Assembly: GCA_965644315.1 (NCBI GenBank)
Contig: CBFFRQ010000033.1
Coordinates: forward strand, 1 to 51,491
Reading direction: 5' to 3'
Length of the DNA: 51,491 nt
Origin: Caecitellus pseudoparvulus
Lineage: Eukaryota > Protista > Bigyra: Bicosoecida
Shown here: positions 37,201 through 47,400 of the stretch, in pieces
How positions within the stretch are numbered: position 1 is the stretch's first letter
Layout of the letters: each line of letters begins with the position of its first letter
Made by a program: the position numbers and the translations under genes
Notes under the pieces: generated by a model
Databases searched by the model: none
What the model saw: the letters and a program-made list of their open reading frames with translations, nothing else
Told to the model about the DNA's origin: nothing

Positions 37201-37287
37201 CAGCAGCTGGCAGGGGCAGAGCCAGGCACAGCCACATCGCCTGTGCTGGCTGCAGCTGACCCCGCGGACACACTCCTCGTGACTTGA
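34231..37287 (+). CDS. Hypothetical ~1,018-aa protein with N-terminal membrane anchor
   Basis: Long ORF with first ATG at 34231 and hydrophobic AVLGCILGCVLTFAFM near the N-terminus. No motif recognised. Confidence 0.65.
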   Translation: MQVVDVVQFSGVSPGAVLGCILGCVLTFAFMKGLWGTFDLTTEFFQGMWKTILGLPAVEAEPAGLPPPPPSPRTSPPAETVDTTATKATTEAGTGHDRRAPAPQASVLAAATGIAGLHVDTQLHGDHASQGGGPTLHSAPARRMRSITGSTGSSFPPRVGSEDSHAPTGVAGEAAEGGEGGGGHPLQVRRSPLHLLEGSLFLLRHLAAVRSLITNAAAAAALREEPDASTPTSATRRGPRDAQGRPLPAPAADAARAVHSAFHTLPGNVLAELALSHALRVNAPLVGQGGVGEGIGPFHPPLPITTHLLPSLPGLKRVPEQDHGRSQLARGGTQFRVDEGVFLTPPCHLSKPRPASARARGGGDARPLSIPVPTFVHVSPSAHSIAGCPQSWLTLLSRTFGLEMPQRQGGRHAVDITGRVSLMRVGFAVYCKQAWLEHPSAAAGVRPMQSSCSETTARLAFYLLTCTFPPRCMWLDDRADLPSPRAAFGHLLRVIKTRLNTSVSFCRVALPMSSEDMAGVFSKGQAAPSTAILRRLGSRPQLQFGPAEGSQTEPVARFDDDEAMLPSNLCFLLVKPGVNDPEAAAAAGGRVALIVSCGGVSNVVVRWLQPTVAALQTALKHITRVDLDLSLYHATVHSHVFGEAVTDLQVEALATSHAVAIRAAALSAPPKAAPTPRRGFFSWLRGSSSQPAEKLPVSELEGARANDALHDPSRQFRPPWRSPEPTPAYTLGMPLQEAGQQAGQAFHPHNARIASANAVEEPPGKAQGALPLLSLLQYHCGLPRHAARQHILEPASLVPPLQQRQQGASVEEVGSGQGLAGCTNVSCVGGTLAWLSDPLYASEALTVSTSLGKSGMEHLSLTATTHLAYIMLVQFTRGVLNPTSEVMQAFPSQVAVLHTRLAIALDSGRLAPPDICNLLRAQPVAGVVGRAPPKGSPGREDNPRGLSAAALAEPSLPELLDLTTRAHSRLQQELEGGTHVGGSDSDAASVQQLAGAEPGTATSPVLAAADPADTLLVT

Positions 37288-37385
37288 GCCGCCTTCAGTG
37301 ATGCTTGGAGACTGGCGGCGCAATGCATGTTTTGTATGTCCGCAGCAGTTGCATTGAAGCTTGGAACGCAGGCCAGGGGGGCTTG

Positions 37386-38286
37386 CTACCTGATTGCAGC
37401 CGATTCCCCAGACATCATCCAGACCAGGGAGCCGATGCCAGTGACGCCAAGCAATGTGCACATGGAGTACAAGAAGACGTAGAAGAAGAAGAGGTTGTTA
37501 CCCGCCACTGCCTTGCCCATCCAAGGGCAGTGGTGGTCATACTCCCGCACACACACTCCATTCGCACTGCAGTGGATGGCACCTCGGCTCCGCCAAGTGT
37601 TGCAGTGCCCACACAAGGCGTGGTCGAACTCCCCACGCTCCATCAGCTGCAGGCGCTGGTCCTCGGCCTCTTCCGGGGATTGTGCCGGCAAGATCCCAGG
37701 GTTTGACCAGGACACGAGGGCCAGGGAGCCAAAGGTGACCAGCATGAGCAGCGCCTGCACCACCACCAGTGCGATGTGCAAGACGGGCGCGACGAAGATG
37801 AGGAACAAGATGGACGGCACTGACACAAGGCCCCAGGTGACGGTGTTGCAGGGCCAATCAGGGCCGATGAGACCTGTGGAAGGCGAAGAGGGCGCACAAC
37901 GTCCAGCTTGGCGGCCCTCACGGCAAGAGCAGGTCGCCACACCACTCACAGATGAATGGGAAGTAACTTCGCAGGCCCGTTGCGTGCACTGAGCCGCAGA
38001 GCAGGCGGTTATTGCCGACCATCTTGCCACAGCAAAAACACGTGGCTGCCCCAGTGCTTGGCAACGTGCCCCTGGAGTACTGTGCCCAGTATGGACTGTC
38101 TTTGTACTTGGCCGGCACACCGTGCCTGCCTTCCGCGGAATTCGAGGCGGAGGAGGGCATGTCACTGCCTTGCCCAGCTTCAACGGGATGCTGCTCCAGG
38201 ACATGGGCGTCCATCCTTCGAATCTCGTGAGGAGATGAATCGGTCTCCTCGCTCGTTTGCAGCAGGGGATCGCTTGAGCTCAACAT
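37386..38286 (-). CDS. DHHC palmitoyltransferase
   Basis: Intron 37949-37874. GPDWPC + 2 TM + NPGIL + CGHCNTWRSRGAIHCSANGVCVREYDHHCPWMGKAVAGNNLFFFYVFL. Start is ATG 38286 or 38214. Confidence 0.92.
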
Positions 38287-38533
38287 GCGCTGCGTCGGCT
38301 GGTCTCTGGCAACGCCTTGCCAGTCTCTGCCTCCCGCAAAGTCAATCTGCAAGCTGAAACAAACATAGACCTACCCCGCCGAGCATAGTCTGTTCGAATG
38401 AAGGAACTTTCATGTCGCTGCAGGCTCTTCCGGTTGAGCACCGCCGTGATTTGTGCGCTGATTACTCTTGCTCCGGCCGCCGGGAAGGGACTGCGTTTAG
38501 GGAGGCCTCCCCTGAGGCACGCCACACGAAGCC

Positions 38534-39382
38534 ATGCAAGGGAGCGGTGGCCTGGTGGACTACGGCACTGATTCCAGTTCTGACTCCGACAGTGGTGATG
38601 GGGAGGTGGTGCTGGGGCGCACAACGCCGCTCGCGGCTCGTGCTGGCGCTGAGCCGAATTCCGCACAGGCAGCAGCTGCGCCACAGCCCACGTCACAAGC
38701 TGTTCCTGCAGACGCAGCAGCTGCCTCAAGTGATGCCAGCATGCAGACTCGCGAAAGTGAATCTGAGCAGCCTGCATTGCATGCTTTGGAGGGCCCAAGC
38801 ATGCCTGCTCCAGCTCCTGCGGGACCCTCGATCGCAGCGCAGCTTGGAGCGCGCTTCGAGCGCTTTGCACAGCTGACTGCGCAAGGGCACGACCTAGTGG
38901 ACAGCTTGAAGCAGCGCAAGATTGCTGTGCGCCCACCTCATGACGCTGCCACGGCGGGCGTCGAAGAGTACTGCAGCACACTGCCCTTCTCCGCACCGCA
39001 AGAGACCTGGGCCAGGCCCACACATGACCACCTGCACCAACAGGCACTGCGTGACCGTGCGGATCTGGAACGCCTTCGGGCAGCATTTCCCCACCTGCGA
39101 TCACAGGGCGCCTTTCACAGCAGCGGTTGGCGTCAAGCTTTGGTTTTCATGTCATCTCCCACTGCGACCAATGCGGTTGAGGGGTTTGGGCGACAAGCCT
39201 CTCTCCGGCCCCTGGCAGTTGCTGCACGGCACGCAGCGTGTGTGCAGCGCGGTCACGAGCAGTTGCACTCAGTTGTTGTGGGAACTGTGCATCAAACACG
39301 TGAGCGTTGTCGCCAATCGGTTGTGGGTCGCTGGGCAGCCGGGGCGGCCCTTGCACCGCCACGCTCGTGGAAGGCTGGTTGA
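38534..39382 (+). CDS. Possible HCNGP/SAP30BP-like protein (divergent); 3' end uncertain
   Basis: N-terminal GLVDYGTDSSSD. RFERFAQLTAQGHDLVDSLKQRK...P...GVEEYCSTLP resembles the HCNGP core pattern. Confidence 0.5.
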   Translation: MQGSGGLVDYGTDSSSDSDSGDGEVVLGRTTPLAARAGAEPNSAQAAAAPQPTSQAVPADAAAASSDASMQTRESESEQPALHALEGPSMPAPAPAGPSIAAQLGARFERFAQLTAQGHDLVDSLKQRKIAVRPPHDAATAGVEEYCSTLPFSAPQETWARPTHDHLHQQALRDRADLERLRAAFPHLRSQGAFHSSGWRQALVFMSSPTATNAVEGFGRQASLRPLAVAARHAACVQRGHEQLHSVVVGTVHQTRERCRQSVVGRWAAGAALAPPRSWKAG

Positions 39383-40210
39383 TGCGCAATGCGGCCTTGG
39401 CTGTGCGGTTGTGAGCCTGCTTCGCACGCCAAGTGTACTCCCACGCCGGGACGTCCACCATGTATGCCTGAGTGGAGTGCACCTGCCCGCCCACAGGCGA
39501 CGTCGCCCCCCAAGCGCCCTGCTGCGTCACGTCCACCTGGGGAGGGAATGCATACTGCCCCAGCCTGCGTGCCGAGCGGCTCTGACTCGTGTGGGAACCC
39601 ACCCTGCATGCCACACTCGTAGCAGCCGACGTTGGCTGCCCGTTTCCAGCCAGCACCTCCCCTGCCTCAGCCAGGGAGGCTGGCTGCGTTGCGGCATTGT
39701 ACCAAGTTCGCAGAGAGGACAGCGCCCAAAAGTTCGCGGTGGCTGAGCAGCGCGGCCGAATAGAGTCCGCACGATCAACCAGACGCTGGCCAGCATCCAG
39801 CATGCGCGTTTCCTCATGCGACCTCTTCCGCCTCTCAAGCAGTGCGCTGGAAACTGAGCGGCGTGCGGTCGCCTTGGCATCTTCTTGGGCAACGCGCACG
39901 TTTCGTGCTGCGCGTTCTACATCGTACCGAAGCCGCCGAATCTGAGCACAGAAGGAGGTGGGGAACATGTTCAGTGGATCTGTTTCAGAGTTTCTACGCA
40001 GTTCCTTACCTTTGCCTCTGAGCGGGCATGCTGCTGATGCAGCTTTCTCAACGCAGGCAAAGCCGCCGCACTGAGTGGCATGCGGCCTGTGCCAGCAGCC
40101 AAACCAAACCCAGCAGGAGGAACGGGCACTTCAGCCCCGCTCTGCTTCAGCTTGGGATTGAGTACTGCCTCTGGCACAAAGTGCCGCTGAAGGGTGGCGT
40201 GGCTGGACAT
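39147..40210 (-). CDS. Hypothetical protein with coiled-coil segment
   Basis: ATG at 40210. Phase-0 intron 40009-39942 (GTAAGG...CTCAG) joins ...HARSEAK to IRRLRYDVERAAR...; no family recognised. Confidence 0.55.
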
Positions 40211-40456
40211 GTTTGGCGCTGGTCTACCGAGGGCGTGTTGACTCCGGTTCAATTTCCGCAGGGCGCGGCTTTCAGTCCACACCAGAGCACCAGCAACGTA
40301 GAGGAGCGCACGGGAGTAAAGTTGGATACAGTCACCGTCCTATCTGTGGCAGGTCGCGGGGCTAAGTCAATTGGTGGGGATGTCGACAAACGACCCAGGT
40401 GCGCGGAAAGTGCGAAGAGAGCATGCATTGCTGCGACGCTCCGCACCGCCGTGGAT

Positions 40457-41593
40457 TCACTGGCTCGCAAGCCACCACATGATGAGCGGCTGCAGCCCAC
40501 CGGCAGCGAGAATGGCGTAGTTTCGGTTGGGGTTGCTTGCCGTGCCAGGTGGCACGGCTGCCTGTAGCGTCTGCACCAGGAAGAATGCCATGGCAGCTGA
40601 GGTGTACAGCAGAGCTACATAGAACCCAATGCTCCCCAGCAGCAAGAAGGCCAGCGTGGAGAGCACGATGCCGACGTACTTGTAGCCGCCCAGCGCCACG
40701 AGGTCGAGGAGAGGCGGAGGGGTGGCGGCGGCGAGGAAGAGGCCGAGGCGCAGGGCGCCCAGCTCAAGGAGCTGCGTGACCAGGGCGGCAGAGGTGGCAT
40801 TCACCAGCGTCTCTGGCGTGAACTGTGTCTGTGTGCCGTGTGCGACGCCTGTGAGCAGGACGAACGTGACCAGCGCCATGCACGGAATGTACAGGTCAGG
40901 CGCGTTGGGGTCGGCAACTGGCAGCACAGGTGCTTCCGGCTCTTGTTCAAAGCCGTCTTTTGCGTGCCTTGCCCACTTGCGCTTGCGGAAGGGGAAGAGC
41001 AGTGTCTGCAGGCACAGGGAGACAAAGCAGAGGGTTTCAACGCTGAAACGCTGGCAGACACGTGACGGCTGCCGCGGGCGTGCACCCGTGCGCAGCATGA
41101 CACACCTTGAGGCGCTCGATTACGAAGTTATTGTTCACCTGAAAGTACACTTGCAGTGACAGCCACAGCGCTTGTGCACCTGTGGAGTCGAGTCGCCCCG
41201 GCCGTTGAGCAGCCGGTGCACAGCAGTGCGAGCGTGAAACTCACCTGGCACGTACTGCGCAGCAAGGGACTGCGCCTGTGCGAGGCCAGCCCGCGCTGCC
41301 ATTTGCCCCGCCGCAGCTGCAACATCAGATGAACCTTCTCCTCCGAACAGCCCCGATGCCATGCTGCCTTGCGCTGGCCTGTGGTGCATGCCGACGCCCA
41401 CGCCTGACGGGCTCGCGGCCGCTGGCGCGGGCGGCGGGCCGAAGCCACTGCCCGGCTGCCGTGGGGCTGCAGCAGGGGCAGGAGCAGGCGCAGTCGGTGC
41501 CTGGCCAGGATTGAACATGCTCGGCTGTCCTGTAAAGCCACCTTGGTGTGCAGGGAACCCTTGCTGCTGGGCGCCCATGTGTGGCGCTGCCAT
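40457..41593 (-). CDS. YIF1: Yif1/Hrf1 family ER-Golgi membrane protein
   Basis: Introns 41244-41180 and 41105-41006 give LQVYFQVNNNFVIERLKTLLFPF...W...DPNAPDLYIPCMALVTFVLL...FTPE...LLDLVALGGYKYVG. Start codon uncertain. Confidence 0.92.
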
Positions 41594-41984
41594 GCCTCCT
41601 TGACACCTTTGCAGCCGCGTTCCCCAAGACCCAACAAAACGAACAAGCAGTACTCCCACTTTGGGGGGGAAGTATTGCCCGTAAACCGTCTTCTGCCGAG
41701 GAACGCGGTTGGATTGTGACCAGGGATTGTCAGGGTGTCCGGCTCCGTACCCCCCGGGGGGACGCCACTCTACGTGCTTGTAGGTTAGGTGGAGCTGAAG
41801 CAACGCGTTTTTAGTCTGAATTTTCAAAATTGACTCTCATACTGCACTGCAACGTATTCTCCAAGTGTTCTAGTTGCCTCTGAACGTGTTCTTGTTTTCG
41901 GGACTTCCAGGTGTCGTGAGATACGGGCTTATGTGCATTTCCCCCCTGGCGTTACACAGGCGTTTCGGGCACCCTACACCTAAA

Positions 41985-44394
41985 ATGTCATCAGCTGGCC
42001 AGAAAGGCATCACCCACACATACGTGAAGCATGTTGCAGGCATGAAATCATCTTCAGTGCCCTTTGGCGCTTTGACTTCTCGTCGCCTCGCCCAGATCAT
42101 GCTCAATTCCATGAAGAGGCCTGGTTTGAAATCACAGAGGCTCACATCCAGAGGCAGTTTGCCTGCCACAGTCGACTTGACACAAGTCTCGAGCGTGATC
42201 AGGGGCTGCAAAGTTCAATGGAACTCTCACACGCTCGGTGAGGGTGTCTCAAAGGCCCGGATTGCTGCTCTGGCGTCGTCCATCCTGTCACTGGCCGGAG
42301 AGGATGCGTTGCAGGTCACAGATGACCCTCCCGAGGACGCAAGCTACGACACAGTGCACCTCATGTCAAGCGGGGGAACATACCTACTTCCTGTAGATAC
42401 CTGGGACTCGATAATCTTCGCCTTGGCACAGGATGGCGGCTTCTACAAGGGAAAGCGTGGTGCTGGCTTCCTGCTCGACGAAGTAGGTCGCCATTTGCGG
42501 CTCCTTAGTGCTCAGGTCTGCACCTAGCTTGCTCTGCTTGCAGGCAAAGAAGCTTAATCTGACAGGAAAGCACCCATGGGCAATCAAAGCGGGGGAAATC
42601 CAGAGCTTCGTCGCTGCAGGCGCAAGCGCAGTCCATCGCAGAGCACAGGAGTCCTCACGTCGTCCCATTGGTTGGAAACAGGCTCAAGTCGCACAGGAAG
42701 TTGTCAAACTCCTTGGAGTCGAAGTGCTTACACTCTTGAGTGAGGGCCACAGCAGCCTCGGGGCTGTGGAGCCGAGACACTGTGCATCCTTGGCCGGAGG
42801 AGCAGCGGGCCAAGCACGTGCTTCTCGCAAGTCGTCCAGGCTGCAGGCAGCCACAGCTGAGGATTCAGACGACGCGGATATTGAACTTCCAGGGGCTAGA
42901 GAGGAAACTGTCATCGAGACACGGCGGTTTGGGAGCTCTGCAGCGCCCAGTCCAGCCACGGGGGCAGGCGGAGGCACAGAGGCAGAGGCCACTCCCCAAC
43001 AAGTGGTGGAGCCCGCGACCGGAGCACACGCAGCGGTGCTCCTCAAGGCTCTAGACTTCCAGAAGCTCTGCCTTTCTGATTCAAGCTCTGTGGCTGCACT
43101 CGGAGGCGCTGGTGGAGGGCAACCGGCAGCGATCGAGGCGGTGCTGGGGGGCCGAGCAAGCCCACAGCCTCACCACGCCCAGGTACTTCAAAGAACCCCT
43201 GCAGGGAAGCACTCGCTTGTTATTTCGCCCCTGGATGACGATCAAGCGGATCTTCTCGGCTTGCTGACAGGCACTTTGCAGGGAGTTGTCCTCCTGGCGA
43301 GCCCTTGTCCATCACGGCATTGGGCAAAGGTGTCGCGCCTGCTACAAAGTGGACTAGCAGCGTGCATCTTGCCCTCCGATGAAGTTGATTGCGACTGTGA
43401 GGTGGCGCGCAAGCTTGCAGTCGGAAAAGTGCCCTCATTCGGGGACTGCGTCGCCACCTGTGCGTCGGCTGGTGACATGGTCCCCAGCGATGCCGCACTC
43501 CATCCAAGCTTGACGCAAGGGGCCGTGATAGTTGCGTCCATCCCACAGGCGATGCAGTTCTTCTCGACAACTTCATCGACACGTGAACATAGAAAGCTTG
43601 CGGCACTAGTCATGAACCTGCCTGCGGGTCCTTTGCCACTCATGCAAGTCGACAGTGACCCACTGAGGCAGCTGAGCCAGGCTGCCCAAGCAGCAAGCAT
43701 CCCTGTTCTCGCCACGAGCACCGTAGCTGCACCAGGCACCGTGCCTCGCATCCTTTCGTACCTGCACCTTGTTCCAGAGCACACTACCATTGCCAGGCGC
43801 AGTGTCCGGACTGCAGTGCAGCTGCATGTGATCCAAGAGCCACTGGCCGGGGGCAGCAGCGGATCACGCCCAAGGTCTGCTGCAGCAGCAACGAAGCATC
43901 ACTCTTTTGATGAAGTTTTCAAGCTTTTAGCTCAGTTCCAGAGCTTCGAAAGGGTGCTTTTTGTGTGCCGAGACGAAGCCACGACAAACGCGCTGGACAG
44001 GCGTGTCCGCAAAGCTCTGGCGCGAAGTGACACGGAAGCCCTTGAGCCCCAAAGCTCTGGTGGGTCGCCCCAAACACAACAAGGCCTCTGCGTGAGCGTG
44101 AGCCCAACGTCTGTGGCGTTGGACATGCCGCTTCACGCGTACGATTGCGTCATTGTCCATCACTTCCCAGGAGACCTGGCCACCCTTGCCGAGCTTGCAG
44201 CCAAGTGTGCAGTGGACGTACCTGGACACATGTACGTGTTTTTTAACGAATCTGAAGCTTCAAGGGTCAGTGCTGGCATGGAGGAAGATGGTGCACAGGC
44301 AGGTGACCTTCTTGCCTTCAACTTGGCCAAGAGCTGGGCAGAGCTTCACGAGGGAAGGCCAGACAGGGATGCGTGGGCTGGGCTGGCTGCCTAA
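41985..44394 (+). CDS. Degenerate RecQ-like SF2 helicase (pseudo-helicase) with unrecognised N-terminal region
   Basis: ATG at 41985; phase-0 intron 42483-42543 (GTAGGT...TTGCAG) joins the two track ORFs. RecQ-like order: QPAAIEAVLGG, RTPAGKHSL, VVLLASP, IPVLATSTVA..TV..I..YL.L, RVLFVCR, VIVHHFPGDL..LAELAAKCAVD.PGHMYVFFNESE. DEAH and QxxGRAGR are missing. Confidence 0.6.
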
Positions 44395-44400
44395 CTGGAC

Positions 44401-47400
44401 TTGGGCCTGAGTCCGGTTGCCCTCTTTGACAGCGACGCCACAAGCACCAGCTCAGAGGGTGGCATGGCCAGTAGCCCTTGCTCCCACGTCGAGACTCCTT
44501 CACCTGTGCTGCTGGACTTTGCACGCGTAATTGAGGCCATCCGCTCGAGCCTGCAGCTCAACCCAGACCTTGAGCTGACTCTCGGCAATGTGTTTAGCTT
44601 GGCAAGCATCGGCAAGCTCCCCAACGAAGCAGATAAGCACTGCGTTTTGGAGAACAGGGAAGCCTTGACCCGCTTGCGAGATGTGCTGGCAGCAACCAGA
44701 CACGTTGGGGTGGCGCCTTTGGATGTCAAGCGCGCCGTGAGAGCTGCGTCTCATCAAGGGGCGCTCATCTTGAAGGAGCACCGGCACCATAGCCGAGTGA
44801 CTCTAGCGCATGCGACTGCTCAGGCCACCGTCATCCAGGTCCGACTATCCCGTGTGGACGGGACTCCCAGGACAGACACCATAGTCTCCAGCGTCCTGCC
44901 AACACCAAAGGGAGCAAGCAGTCCTCTGCATGCCTTACTTGTCTATCGACGGTCACTCGGGCAGCGCATTCGATTTGGCCCGCTCGAAGAATGTGGCCCA
45001 GCGCTCTCACAAGCGGCGAGGGAGTTTGGATGCCTCATCAAGCTGGAGAACAAGCCGTGGCGCGGGAAGCAGGGGCAAGTCATGTTGACATTTGCATGCG
45101 CCCACACAAGCCCTGACTCTGCAGGTTCGGGTTGCAGCCCAGAACCAAGCAGCCCTGTTCACGATCCGCAACAGCGTGATGCTGCTCTGGCTTCGCCACA
45201 GAGACTTTGCCAGCAGTGCCCCTTCAGGATACGGGTGGCCCTAAGTCAGAAGGGATACACTCTGGAGGTTTGCATGCACCACAACCACACCCCTGCAAAG
45301 TACTTCGCAATCGATGAACCCGTTGACCCGACCAAGCAGGTCGGTCGTGCGGAGTACATGTCCCTGCCCCTCAGCCCCGTGGTGACGGAAATCATCAAAA
45401 AAAGGGCAGCAAGCACGCCTGGCGCATCCATGCTTGACATCCTTACCTATCTCCTAGCCAAGACACAGTGCTCAACCCCTGAGGTATACATGGAGCACGA
45501 CCAGATGCTCAGGGAAAAGCACGCAGCCATGTGCCAGCTCATTCAGGACGCTGGTCTCAGACGCAAACATGGACTGTTCAACATCCACCCTTCCCCTGCC
45601 GCAATCCAGGGATATTTGGACAAAATGAAGCGAGAGCAGCGCGGGGGGATGTCCGTCTTTCAGGCGTGTGTGGACATGGCGGCGGCAGACACGACCAACA
45701 CCTACTTCCACCTCAACAAGCTCAACCAAGCGGAAGACTTCAGTGTCTTGCTCATAATCACACCGCAAATGAGGAAGTATGCAGCTACAAGCGAGTACAA
45801 GGAGTCCATGAACTCCCTGGTGTACGAGGATGACACGGGAGGCACCGACAAGTTCAAGTCAAAGCTCTTCACGTGGCTGTACAGGTCACCCCACACCTCA
45901 CATGGCATCCCAGTTGCGTTCATGTACTTCCATGCAGGGGAACACCCAGTGCCTGGGGCCCTAGCCCACGCCCTCGTGTGGTCGTACCAGAAGATGGAGG
46001 CCGAGCTGGGTGGTGCGTTTCACCTCACTGCCAAGATGATGGACAAGTGCCCACATGGCCACTCCGCCTTCGCATGGCACGTGGGAACCAAGATGAAGAG
46101 GCTGCTGGACAAAGTGGGGAGTGATCCCAACGTGCCCCGCTCGCTGCAGGTCTCTGCCCAGGCGGCCCAGCGGCAGCTGGGCGACTTCGGCGCGGTGGAG
46201 GATGCCAGCAAGGCGAAGTGGCTGCCTGTGCACGAAACCATCCAGACGCTTCGCGAGCATGCCCATGAACTCAGCGCCTTCAGACACATTCCAGAAGTGC
46301 AGATGCTGGAACGCATGCTGCATAGCAAGCTGTTCCTCTGTCACTTCCACGCTCTGAAGGCTGTGAACGGGAGCGTCACCATGATCCTTCCAGACCAAGA
46401 GAGCAAAACCACCTTCACGGATGCAGCCCGCACACTGTTCACGGCAACGTCGCCTCAAGAGCTCCACCGCCACTGGCAAGTCATGAAGCAGGACGTGTGC
46501 GCTGATCCTAAGTACCGCAAAGCGCTGGAGTACTTGGAGGCGAACTGGCTGTGTGACGCGTGGCTGCCAACTTGGGCACTTTGGTTTCGCAATGACCGCT
46601 CCATGGACAACACAACAAACTATGTTGAGTCAATGTGGAACATGCTCAAGTACCGGGTCTTGAAGCGGCGCTACAACCATTCAACCTATGAGATGCTCGT
46701 TGCGCTTGTAGGGGGGCCAGAGCCAGACAAGGGAGGCTGTTTAGTGTCGTACATCCAGTATCGTGAAGTGGCCCGGGCGTACAGGACAGGTGCCCGGAGT
46801 TCCGTACAACGAATGGCGAGAGAGTCAAAAAAGAAAGGGCTCGAGATGTTCCTGAGGTGGAAGAAGGAGGGTGTCTTGGAGGAACGCATCAACCTGCAAG
46901 ACTGCAAGACGCTAACCTTCAAGATCCACAGCGAGTCACAGACCAATCCCATCTACATCGTCTCGTTGGCTAACCCCCGAACATGTGGCCCAATCTGCGA
47001 TTGCTCTGCCCACGGATCCACAGCTTCGTGCAAGCACGGCTGGGCAGCACGCCACTACGCTCACGAGATCCTGCGGTGTGATGTCGCAGGCAAGATATCG
47101 GAAACATTTGGGGGGAAAGAGCTGAGCGCCACTGAAACGGACTCGAATCCAGTTGATGGGTCTCAGATGAGCCCTGGTTGCGCCCAGGATCCGGAGGGTG
47201 CTGCCTCGCCTGCCACAGAGTCTCCCTCAACGACTGAAGGCGCCAGGGAGCCGAGCACACCAGAGGCCAAGGCAATTGCAAAGGAGCTGGCAGCCCTGGC
47301 ACTGAAGATGGAACGACTCGGTTCAGCCATTCCAAGCTCAGCAATCAGGCTTGTTAAGCGGGCTGCAACGGAGTGTGACCCAGAGATCTGCTGGGCTCCA

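Noticed and set aside
21087-41593. Functional cluster of membrane-traffic and lipid genes (SEC13, copine, two DHHC, S1P lyase, YIF1)
   Set aside because: Orientations are mixed, unrelated genes are interspersed and these are common categories; there is no evidence of co-regulation.
41750-41761. C6G6 palindrome and GGGGGGAC words (also ~50011 and 50328) as MULE termini
   Set aside because: They are in direct rather than inverted orientation, show no extended similarity or TSD, and G-runs are common in this genome.
41826-41833. AAAATTGA upstream of the helicase-MULE gene as a giant-virus early promoter
   Set aside because: It is a single 8-mer in a locally AT-richer intergenic stretch ~150 nt from the ATG, which is compatible with chance.
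5804-44394. Alternative genetic code (TAA/TAG = Gln) to explain the two in-frame stops
   Set aside because: ORFs thousands of codons long contain no other in-frame TAR, and several genes end plausibly at TAG or TAA.
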